From positions 1 through 64,000 of the IMG/VR virus record IMGVR_UViG_3300014208_000027: a stretch of 64,000 bases of DNA. One strand, 5' to 3'. The notes beneath the pieces were generated by a model that made no database searches, was not told the origin of the DNA, and saw nothing but the letters and a program-made list of their open reading frames with translations. Each line of letters starts with the position of its first letter. Within the stretch, counting starts at the first letter, position 1. The position numbers were made by a program, and so were the translations under genes. Shown one piece after another: positions 8,488 to 16,629 of this stretch. The DNA is from a virus (taxonomy: Duplodnaviria; Caudoviricetes).

Positions 8488-8730
8488 ATGTTTGACCTTG
8501 AAATTTTGGCTATCGCGCAACGCATGGCACATAAAGTAACACCGCCGGCAAGAATGGTAGGCAATGACTTGCCAATGTGGTCCGAAACTGGCAAAAACCG
8601 GTGGGATTTCGAGAAGTTACAAGTTTACGGGAATCCAGGCTATAAAAGCGCAGCACAGTCTGCTATAGCTACAGCGAAAAGAAAAACAGTTTCAGGTACT
8701 TGTGACAATGACGGAGGTAACAAAAAATAA
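8488..8730 (+). CDS. Hypothetical protein
   Basis: ORF 8449..8730, start moved to MFDLEI. Confidence 0.55.
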   Translation: MFDLEILAIAQRMAHKVTPPARMVGNDLPMWSETGKNRWDFEKLQVYGNPGYKSAAQSAIATAKRKTVSGTCDNDGGNKK

Positions 8731-8776
8731 AACAGTTTAGGACTTGCACGAATTAGCCACCATGCTATTATTAATC

Positions 8777-9007
8777 ATGGCACCTAGAGATAAGACAATA
8801 TGTGGATGGCGTAAACCAAGAAATAAAAGACCCTTGACTAACTCTAATATTTCAGATCTTAGAGACTGGCGAGATACATTCGTTCAAGCTGGCGGAATTG
8901 CTCTAGAATCTGGCAATACTTCGCTGGCTATCAAATTGCTTGAAACTGCTAGTGATTTTAGTAGGGGTTTGCTAAGCAAAAAACAATTAGATTATGTTGA
9001 CTCTTAG
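8777..9007 (+). CDS. Hypothetical protein, probably leaderless
   Basis: ATG 6 nt after TATTAT (8766-8771). Confidence 0.55.
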   Translation: MAPRDKTICGWRKPRNKRPLTNSNISDLRDWRDTFVQAGGIALESGNTSLAIKLLETASDFSRGLLSKKQLDYVDS

Positions 9008-9089
9008 GTATTGACTAATTGAATTAACTTTGCTATGATCTAAGGGTAGGCACAAAAAAAACAATCTAACCAATTGAAAGGGTAAAACA

Positions 9090-9290
9090 GTGTCAAACGA
9101 TTACAATCGGTTTCACAATACAGCTATTCTTCTGGAAGAATGTTTTGACTGTATTAATGACGATCTGTCCAATAGCGAAAGTAGGGCTAGGAATAAACTA
9201 ATAAAACTGTGCATGGCCATCACAGAGAATCAGCTTGACTTGGAGAATCAAGAGGAGTATGATTCTGAAGAATTTGATTGTCCTCTCTAG
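9090..9290 (+). CDS. Hypothetical acidic protein
   Basis: GTG start after GAAAGG. Confidence 0.65.
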   Translation: MSNDYNRFHNTAILLEECFDCINDDLSNSESRARNKLIKLCMAITENQLDLENQEEYDSEEFDCPL

Positions 9291-9344
9291 CAAGTTTTCC
9301 TGGTAGGCAACAAAAAACAATCTAACCAATTGAAAGGTATAAAC

Positions 9345-9728
9345 ATGTCAAGTTATATGGTGGGTGATAAGACTTTGAATGTCGTATTGTCAGCCCTAGC
9401 ACAATCGGATGATGATTGCTTTAATCTCGGCTATTCTAGTCGTGATACCCTACTAGAAGCACTCTTCAGAATGAATAGAGACGCTGTAGAGGTAAGGTAT
9501 GGAAAGGAGGTTGACTTCCCGTTGCCTATGTTAATGGACTATATTCAAGAGGCAACAAATAAATATGTAGTGCTAAAATGCCTTGACTGTTACCTCTATC
9601 AATGCTCGGAAGGAGATTGCCCAAAGCTTTCACTATATCAAGAAGTTGAGAAGGCACGAAATAAATTGGTGAATAAGCTAATAGCAGGAGTGCCAGCATA
9701 TCAAGTAGCGCCATGGGGAATTGATTAA
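9345..9728 (+). CDS. Hypothetical protein
   Basis: ATG after GAAAGGT; leader duplicated from 9045-9090. Confidence 0.7.
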   Translation: MSSYMVGDKTLNVVLSALAQSDDDCFNLGYSSRDTLLEALFRMNRDAVEVRYGKEVDFPLPMLMDYIQEATNKYVVLKCLDCYLYQCSEGDCPKLSLYQEVEKARNKLVNKLIAGVPAYQVAPWGID

Positions 9729-10004
9729 CCCTAGCAAGTTTCCCTAGTAGGCAACAAAAAAATAAAGAGTAAAGGATAGAAGCAAGTTACAGATAATATC
9801 CTACCTGTAGCAAACTAACAAGCCAAAGCAATCCTTCCATTAGAGATACCTCAGAAGCCTTTACAGGCAAGAAAAATAATAGCTAAAGAAGGTTAGAGTA
9901 CCAGCAAAACAGGTAAGAACAACTTAGCCAAGGTAGGAAAGCTATAACCCATTTTCCATACCATATTTTACCACTGTTTACCACTTTATACCCTTGACAA
10001 TTTG

Positions 10005-11121
10005 TAACCCATTGAAATTGTTAGGTAGTGTTTTGCTACCCTTCTAGCCCTTCATATCATTTACTTGGCCTCTATCTTGCACTACTAGCATATATCATAC
10101 CAAGTATCATCAGGCTAAAGTTAAATATTTCTTGCTTAGATAAGCATTAACTTATTGACAGTACTATATATTTTATGCATACCTATAATAGATATTGTGA
10201 GATTGTAGGTAGCTTTATCAAAGTACAGGGAATCATTAAGGAAAATTATTTGGGTTAACATGACAGCCCACGTTGGCTTAACATGACACGCTAAGTAATT
10301 GGAATTATTGATGAACTAGAAAGAGTGATACTGGTAAAATTTAATAAAGAATGTCTTGACGGCAATGACTACAGTGTGGATAAGTTACTTCCCCTGATAC
10401 CTTAGCTAGACGTTCTGAAGGTGCTTCAAAGATTATTTTAACTTCACGGTTAGAGTAATAAGTCAAGAAGAATAATAAAGTTTTATTTACTGTATCCTTT
10501 GCATATATCATACCAACTATTTTCTACCCTTAGTTACTTTTTCCTTGTCTTTACTATCCTTTCTATGGTATAATCCTACCTTTTTATATTATTAAAAACT
10601 GTGGAAGCTTATCACACCTTGTTAGTATTGTAAAGATATTTTTTTTATTCCCTATCATTTTTATGGCCTATTACTTGCTAATACATTTTTCATGCCTAGT
10701 CAATCCTATGCACAGTAGCTATCCCTTGTCAAGTATTATTTTAAGTTACCTACCCTTGTTACCCCTTGCAAGTTCTACACCATCTTATTGGCACGTTATA
10801 TGCTTACTAACCTTTCCCCTATTCTTAGCAAGTATCATACCATTGCTAACCCTTTGATATCCTTAATCTATTAGCGACACACGTTATAAGGGTAGGCACA
10901 AATAAAATTCTATGCCATGTATTTACCTTGCATAACCTATGCCTAATAACCTTAACGATTACAAAGGGTTACAAAGGATAGCTAACCTTGAGTCCCTACT
11001 TGTAGCTACCTTACTAACCATAGCGCGGCATGACACTTGCAAAGGGTTGAAGTGTAGGCAAGCTCAAACTTGTGGACTCTGTTTTGACAAGGCTAAATAG
11101 CGTAGGGATATCACGGGGTTA
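10005..11121. repeat. Four copies of 19-bp motif TAACCCNNTGWWATYSYTA
   Basis: (+)10005-10023,10847-10865; (-)10953-10971,11103-11121. Confidence 0.75.
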
Positions 11122-11166
11122 CCGTAATGTAGGTAGGGGTGGGATACGGGGTGGCACGGAGGTTGC
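10066..11166. promoter_or_regulatory. Array of ten sigma54-like -24/-12 sites (GG-N10-GC)
   Basis: (+)10066,10664,10789,11026,11152; (-)10088,10501,10768,10828,10930; best site TGGCACGGAGGTTGC. Confidence 0.7.
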
Positions 11167-11390
11167 CTTAATAGGCTTTCATTACGGGTATAATTTTTAC
11201 AGTTTTGAAATGTCTTAATGCGTCATAACTATTTTACAGTTCGCTAGTATTCTCTACCCTTTTCCACTCCTTCTCCTAATAGGCTTTAAATTTTCTTTAC
11301 TATACGTATCCCTTAAAAATCCGGAGAAAAAATTTTCTAGAGTTTTAATTTGTGGCTAATACTCTAGCTTCTTTGGTCGCTATTACTCTA

Positions 11391-11603
11391 TCACATTCTA
11401 TCAAAGAAATTATCTCTAATCCTATCCTTATTATAAGCCGTATAAAATGTTTCATTCTCTTTTAAGTCTAGAATTTTTAAACTATTATTCCTTTTATCTT
11501 TTACTAATATTAAAAACAGTCCAATATGATTTCTACAATCAATATATTGAATTATATCTCCCACCGCCCAAGTCTTCAATTCAGTATCTTCAAAGTCTAG
11601 CAT
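11391..11603 (-). CDS. Small SH3/KOW-like protein
   Basis: WAVGDIIQY motif; start moved to MLDFED. Confidence 0.6.
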   Translation of the reverse strand: MLDFEDTELKTWAVGDIIQYIDCRNHIGLFLILVKDKRNNSLKILDLKENETFYTAYNKDRIRDNFFDRM

Positions 11604-11619
11604 ATCTGTTACCCTTGGC

Positions 11620-12471
11620 CTAGCCTTCAAACATTTTTAATTGTTTACTATCCGTTAAGGATTGTTTACTATCGGTAGAACCATCAGGATCTTCTACTTT
11701 ACTTTTCCCGTCGTATCCTTTACCTTTTGTAAAATTTGCTATTTTATTACAGAATCTGATAAACTCTCTGCGACTAAAATCACGTTTTAAAAAATTACAA
11801 AACTTACAACACGGGGAACAATTATCTATTTCATATCCTCTAGAATTGTTTATTCTATCGATACCAGTAAATTTTAATTCTTTATTGGACCATCCTCCAC
11901 AATAGGAACATGGCTTACTTGTCAACTCTTCAAATTGTTCAAAAAGCAATGGGATCATGTTTCTTGCTATTGTATTTCTTTCATATTTTTTATATCTTTT
12001 GTTTACAGTTTTGTTCTCAATTTTAACTTTTTTTTTATTAAGGCACTTTTTACATTGGCTACGATAGCCATCATAGGTAACAACATCTCTTCCAAAAAAG
12101 CAATATCTTCTTTCTTTTTTACAACAGCCACATTTTTTAGTTCCAAGTGGTTCGTTTGATAATGAAATTAAATTTTTTTCTTTATTATTTTTTTTTGACT
12201 TCATTACCGCCAGATTTTTACACTGTTTACAAGCTGAGGATATTCCAGCCTTCATCGATTTATCTACCCCAAACTCTTCTACCCCCTTTACTTCTTTACA
12301 CTTGCTACACACCTTAGTTTTTCTTTCTTCCCTACCGTGAAGTATATCTTCAGATCGTTGCATTGCGTTAGTCTTGACCGAAAGGTTAAGTGCATAATCA
12401 TAGGTTTCTTTTCTTTGTTCCTCCGTTAAATCTTTTAATGGTTGGTATGGATCATAATCTTCCTCTTTCAT
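11620..12471 (-). CDS. HNH-type endonuclease-like protein with two CxxC..CxxC zinc ribbons
   Basis: CSYCGG..GIDRINNSRGYEIDNCSPCCKFCN. Confidence 0.75.
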   Translation of the reverse strand: MKEEDYDPYQPLKDLTEEQRKETYDYALNLSVKTNAMQRSEDILHGREERKTKVCSKCKEVKGVEEFGVDKSMKAGISSACKQCKNLAVMKSKKNNKEKNLISLSNEPLGTKKCGCCKKERRYCFFGRDVVTYDGYRSQCKKCLNKKKVKIENKTVNKRYKKYERNTIARNMIPLLFEQFEELTSKPCSYCGGWSNKELKFTGIDRINNSRGYEIDNCSPCCKFCNFLKRDFSRREFIRFCNKIANFTKGKGYDGKSKVEDPDGSTDSKQSLTDSKQLKMFEG

Positions 12472-12482
12472 TTAATCTCCTA

Positions 12483-12665
12483 TTATTTTACTATAAGTTC
12501 ATAAAAAAACTCTTGATATTCTTTATATCCTTTCTGAGTATTCTTTTTGCATTGATCCTCAAAATCATAATAGACAAAGAAATCTTCTCCTTTTTCAAGG
12601 ATTAATCTATAGCTTTCATACCATTTTACTATCATACCAACTTTTATATCTTCAAATTTCATCAT
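12483..12665 (-). CDS. Small SH3/KOW-like protein
   Basis: IKVGMIVKW. Confidence 0.6.
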   Translation of the reverse strand: MMKFEDIKVGMIVKWYESYRLILEKGEDFFVYYDFEDQCKKNTQKGYKEYQEFFYELIVK

Positions 12666-12934
12666 TTTTTATTTATCCCTGTCCATTCTTCTACTGTAGC
12701 TTCCTTCCAAGTCTTAGTTTGTTGTTTAATAAAGTATTCTCTTTTTAATGCTTGTGATCTGTTACCAAATTGTTCTGTATAGGTTATTGTTACAGGCAAC
12801 TTACTTCTAGTATATTTTACTTTTCCTGCCATATGTGCAGCTAATCTCTTATCTAAATTATTTGTTATGCCTGTATAAAGAGTACCGTCAGAACACCTCA
12901 GCATGTATACCCACCACGATGATTCAGAGATCAT
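12662..12934 (-). CDS. GIY-YIG nuclease (UPF0213-like)
   Basis: VYMLRCSDGTLYTGITNNLDKRLAAH, ALKREYFIK. Confidence 0.9.
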   Translation of the reverse strand: MISESSWWVYMLRCSDGTLYTGITNNLDKRLAAHMAGKVKYTRSKLPVTITYTEQFGNRSQALKREYFIKQQTKTWKEATVEEWTGINKK

Positions 12935-13140
12935 ATACCTTCACAAAATAATTGAAAACCTATATTCCCCTCAAGGACACCTCTAATTCCAAAAAAACTC
13001 TTACAACCTCTTTTAAAATCGAATACCATTATTCCCTTCTGTTCATCTCTGTCTTCAAAATTTAAAATCAAATAATAATTTTTCTCTCCCTGACTAGAGT
13101 ATATTATGGCTCCAGGTTTAATATCTTTTATTAGTATCAT
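12931..13140 (-). CDS. Small SH3/KOW-like protein
   Basis: IKPGAIIY. Confidence 0.55.
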   Translation of the reverse strand: MILIKDIKPGAIIYSSQGEKNYYLILNFEDRDEQKGIMVFDFKRGCKSFFGIRGVLEGNIGFQLFCEGI

Positions 13141-13145
13141 TTGTA

Positions 13146-13361
13146 TTAATCTAACCTATACCAGAATTCTTGTTCTATTCTATGTGCAGTTTTTAAACAT
13201 CCAAATTTTTTATTGTTTTTAATATCTAAAAATTCTGCCCATGTCCAGTCTTCCGTTAGAAACAAACACAAATAATATCCTTTTCTATTAAGTTCATCTA
13301 TATAACAAATAATATCCCCAGGTTTATAATCTTCTAACGTTATATCTTCAAAGTTAAACAA
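13146..13361 (-). CDS. Small SH3/KOW-like protein
   Basis: YKPGDIICY; resembles 11391 ORF. Confidence 0.6.
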   Translation of the reverse strand: MFNFEDITLEDYKPGDIICYIDELNRKGYYLCLFLTEDWTWAEFLDIKNNKKFGCLKTAHRIEQEFWYRLD

Positions 13362-13365
13362 TTAT

Positions 13366-13602
13366 TTATTTGTTCCTACTCATCCTTTTCTTTACCTCTT
13401 CCCAGTCATAATACCATTTCATATCTACTTGTGCTAGTCCTATAGCTAAACTATAACAATTATTTAAAGACATCCTATGCTCTTCTTCCTGTCTTGTATT
13501 CCAATAAATTGTTATAGTCCTTACAGGAATTAAAAGATAATGTCTTCTACGCCATACTCTAATATACCACGGCTGATCTTGATAACGATTACTCTTGATC
13601 AT
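13366..13602 (-). CDS. Hypothetical protein
   Basis: ORF track, operon-like packing. Confidence 0.65.
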   Translation of the reverse strand: MIKSNRYQDQPWYIRVWRRRHYLLIPVRTITIYWNTRQEEEHRMSLNNCYSLAIGLAQVDMKWYYDWEEVKKRMSRNK

Positions 13603-13781
13603 TATACTATCTTTTCAAAATGTTTTTTTATTCGGTGTTCAGATGTCCACCAAAAAGATGAATTTTGCGAAATATTTTTTACTTTATAATTATAAGAAAA
13701 TTCATCTACTTGTTTATCTTTAAACAAAATCAGAACAACTTCTTTTTTTCTATCTAAAAACAAATCACCCACTTTAAACAT
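13602..13781 (-). CDS. Small SH3/KOW-like protein (59 aa, not in track)
   Basis: Own translation MFKVGDLFLDRKKEVVLILF...; TAATG overlaps at both ends. Confidence 0.65.
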   Translation of the reverse strand: MFKVGDLFLDRKKEVVLILFKDKQVDEFSYNYKVKNISQNSSFWWTSEHRIKKHFEKIV

Positions 13782-13996
13782 TATATTTCTCTATACCTTC
13801 CAAGTGGGAAACTTTCTTTGTAACCTGTCATGTCCCATTGAACACGACCTTCTGTGAAATTAAAAACATGAAATTTATCAGCGTAAAGATAGTAATCTTT
13901 TTCTATTTTCAGAACAACAAATTTGTTTCCTAATGCGTCCTCGATAAGCATTCCAACTTCAAGTTGTTTAGGCATTTTTAATTTTATCCCAGGCAT
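13781..13996 (-). CDS. Small SH3/KOW-like protein
   Basis: LEVGMLIED. Confidence 0.55.
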   Translation of the reverse strand: MPGIKLKMPKQLEVGMLIEDALGNKFVVLKIEKDYYLYADKFHVFNFTEGRVQWDMTGYKESFPLGRYREI

Positions 13997-14177
13997 TATT
14001 CATTGCTTCCTCGATAGTATCCCCACGACCAAGCGTTTTAAGACAATCTCTAAACCCTCCCAAGCCAACCTGCCATTTAAGTTTCCCCTCATAAAAAATT
14101 CTTTCGATGATGGTACCCGGAACACCACGACAAACCATTTTTTCCACCTCTTCAATTTTCATTTCTAACGACAACAT
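13968..14177 (-). CDS. Hypothetical protein
   Basis: ORF track; GDTIEEA motif. Confidence 0.55.
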   Translation of the reverse strand: MLSLEMKIEEVEKMVCRGVPGTIIERIFYEGKLKWQVGLGGFRDCLKTLGRGDTIEEAMNNAWDKIKNA

Positions 14178-14183
14178 ATTATT

Positions 14184-14399
14184 TTATTTCTCCACTGCTT
14201 CCACATCAACTTCTGTCGTGTAGTCAACAGATACGTGTTTGGTCACAATCAAATGGTGTCCATTTCTGCATTCCCAATCAGTTGATTCACCGTCTTCAAT
14301 GCTCAATTCCCACGCATCCCGATCAACGGCTCCACATAATGGGCAAGTTGGATATGATCCAAATGTTGGAGACCCGTCAAAGGATTCATCGATCATCAT
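14184..14399 (-). CDS. Small Zn-ribbon protein
   Basis: CPLCG..WECRNGH. Confidence 0.6.
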   Translation of the reverse strand: MMIDESFDGSPTFGSYPTCPLCGAVDRDAWELSIEDGESTDWECRNGHHLIVTKHVSVDYTTEVDVEAVEK

Positions 14400-14400
14400 T

Positions 14401-14703
14401 TTATTTTATTTCCTTATCGCATTCAGAACAAACTTTCATAAAATGGTTTAGCAATAAAACTTCTTTTGCTTTACCTCCACACGAACATCGTCTATCATTC
14501 TTGACAAACTTTAGATGTCTCATGTTTAACCAAAGTTTCCACTCTTTCTTCTCTATATTTGCGAACGCAGTATAATCAGAGGAGTCAATATTTAAAATTG
14601 TTGCCTCGCATCCGATATTTTCATAATGATTTTTTCCGCAGACGACATTCATATTTTCAGGCTCTAAAATTTCTACAACATCATCAACCTTAAAATCATA
14701 CAT
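14401..14703 (-). CDS. SH3/KOW-like protein with C-terminal Zn ribbon
   Basis: FKVDDVVEI; CSCG..CSEC. Confidence 0.6.
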   Translation of the reverse strand: MYDFKVDDVVEILEPENMNVVCGKNHYENIGCEATILNIDSSDYTAFANIEKKEWKLWLNMRHLKFVKNDRRCSCGGKAKEVLLLNHFMKVCSECDKEIK

Positions 14704-14704
14704 T

Positions 14705-15013
14705 TTAATTCACTCCTACAGGTTTTGGCATATTAGGAATAGCTTCCACATTTTTATTTTTCTTTAGTAACTCTTGCTTATCCCAAATATCTTCTATACA
14801 TTTAAAAGAATTTTCTTTTGTCATTCCCAATACGGTTAGGACATGATATAAAGAATTTATCATAGCTGTAATACAGATTTCAGGAAGTTTATCAGTTCCG
14901 GCATAATCCAAAACAAAATTTGTTATACTTCCTATGATGTCAGCAGTAGCAGCTTCCACAACAGGAAGATCTTGTGTAGTTAAGAGTATACCGGTATTTT
15001 TATTTTCACTCAT
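14705..15013 (-). CDS. Hypothetical protein
   Basis: ORF track. Confidence 0.65.
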   Translation of the reverse strand: MSENKNTGILLTTQDLPVVEAATADIIGSITNFVLDYAGTDKLPEICITAMINSLYHVLTVLGMTKENSFKCIEDIWDKQELLKKNKNVEAIPNMPKPVGVN

Positions 15014-15191
15014 TGTCTAATCCTGTTGGTCCATTGTCCAAATGATAAATATCTCTTTCTTGCGTGGCAATATTCATTGCAGTAAATTTAAAAATACTAT
15101 CGACATCGATATAAGTTGAAAGAATCAAATAAATTTCATTCCCATTATCACCTGAGCATTCTACAAGATCGCCAACTTTAAGTTCGTTCAT
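15006..15191 (-). CDS. Small SH3/KOW-like protein
   Basis: LKVGDLVEC. Confidence 0.6.
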   Translation of the reverse strand: MNELKVGDLVECSGDNGNEIYLILSTYIDVDSIFKFTAMNIATQERDIYHLDNGPTGLDNE

Positions 15192-15370
15192 GCTATCACC
15201 TTAAAATATTTTTTAATCCAACTACCCAAAAATGATTCTTGTACATTTTTTGTCAAGTTAAAGAACTTTATTATTTCACATTGTGGGCTAATTTCTAAAA
15301 TTAGATACAAATCATCATCACCATTATAATAATCTTCCAAAGATATTATATCTCCAACTTTAAAATTCAT
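15188..15370 (-). CDS. Small SH3/KOW-like protein, leaderless
   Basis: FKVGDIISL; promoter TTGACC-17-TATAAT at 15377-15405. Confidence 0.65.
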   Translation of the reverse strand: MNFKVGDIISLEDYYNGDDDLYLILEISPQCEIIKFFNLTKNVQESFLGSWIKKYFKVIA

Positions 15371-15415
15371 AATTAAATTATAGCAGAGAAATGCTAGAAG
15401 GTCAATAGAAAGGTG

Positions 15416-15862
15416 TTACTTCACAACAACTTTTTTATTTGTGCCTTGATCTTTCAGCGCAGTGACATATAAAATTCCATCTTCATATCGAGCATCTACA
15501 CAACCATCCTTAGTGGACGCCTTATCAACTAGAAAAGATTTTTCCCAGTTTGCTTTGTCACCGTTCATATATTTTACCAGTAATTGACTTCCAACTAACG
15601 ACACGTCAATGTCTTTTTTCTTTATACCAGGGGAAGTTACGGTTACTTCATACCTATCTTTTTCTTCCTTAAACGTAAAAGAATATTTTTCATAACCAGT
15701 TAAATACAAATCACTACTCGCATAAGTTTTATAAGGATTCTCTGTATATTCAGGAAACACTTGCCAAAAAGGTAGCTTGTTTCCCCAAATATCCTCATAT
15801 CTTCTATAATCATACTCAGACATCCAATTAATTATAGATCTTACATCGTTTTTCTTTTCCAT
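15416..15862 (-). CDS. Small heat-shock protein (Hsp20/alpha-crystallin)
   Basis: YEVTVTSPGIKKKDIDVSL..VDARYEDGILYVT. Confidence 0.85.
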   Translation of the reverse strand: MEKKNDVRSIINWMSEYDYRRYEDIWGNKLPFWQVFPEYTENPYKTYASSDLYLTGYEKYSFTFKEEKDRYEVTVTSPGIKKKDIDVSLVGSQLLVKYMNGDKANWEKSFLVDKASTKDGCVDARYEDGILYVTALKDQGTNKKVVVK

Positions 15863-15911
15863 TTATTTTCTCCTTTTAATATGGAAGTTTAAGTTAAAAT
15901 AACTTCTATCT

Positions 15912-16232
15912 TTATTTTGTCAAGAGGAAAAAGTGAAAAAAGTTTAAAAAATGTGTCATGGTTATGAAAATGAACATTGCTAGCACGATCCAACATGTTC
16001 TTACTGCCATTTTTATATTGTTTTTTGCTATCAAAATTAAAGAAATACTTACGCCTAAACATATTAAGAATTTAAATGCGTACATGCTCACAAAACCATA
16101 ATACTCAATTAAAAAATTAATAATTGGGTTTAATTCTTGCCCATTAAAATGCAATAATGAATAGTGAGTTGCACCAGCATCAATTAAGTTTAGAAGCGTA
16201 ATAATAATATTAAGGATTACAACTTTACGCAT
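15912..16232 (-). CDS. Membrane protein (DUF5658-like)
   Basis: LNLIDAGAT..ELNPI, three hydrophobic segments. Confidence 0.65.
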   Translation of the reverse strand: MRKVVILNIIITLLNLIDAGATHYSLLHFNGQELNPIINFLIEYYGFVSMYAFKFLICLGVSISLILIAKNNIKMAVRTCWIVLAMFIFITMTHFLNFFHFFLLTK

Positions 16233-16233
16233 T

Positions 16234-16575
16234 TTACAATTTTTCAGGAGCTATTCTGTTATAATAGTTTTTGCGCGCTGAAGGAAACTGTTCTTCCCAA
16301 TTTGGCGCATACTTCTTTTTAACATCGGAAGAGTTAGCAGGATTGTTAGCAACATAATCTATATATCCTTTTAAATATTCCCAAAATGTTTGTACAAATT
16401 CATCTGAAAGAATTTGATATTTTGCAATAGAATACCAATCGACATAATTTTTAAATTTTTTTATCACTTCTTCAGACAATGTAATCTCGCTAGAAACTTT
16501 TTTCCAATCTATAAAATCTGGTATAGTGCTAGCAGCAATTAGAAAACTTTTAATCACTCTTGGATCTTTATTCAT
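16234..16575 (-). CDS. Divergent Trp-repeat family protein
   Basis: IDWKKVSSEITLSEEVIKKFKNYVDWYSIAKYQILSDEF. Confidence 0.7.
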   Translation of the reverse strand: MNKDPRVIKSFLIAASTIPDFIDWKKVSSEITLSEEVIKKFKNYVDWYSIAKYQILSDEFVQTFWEYLKGYIDYVANNPANSSDVKKKYAPNWEEQFPSARKNYYNRIAPEKL

Positions 16576-16629
16576 TTCGTTTCTCTTTGTTTATAATAAT
16601 TACTTGTTTGTTTAAAAAGAATTTCATTA

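Noticed and set aside
10663-10857. Track ORF inside the non-coding gap
   Set aside because: No SD, low-complexity L/S/P product, overlaps several DNA motifs; probable shadow
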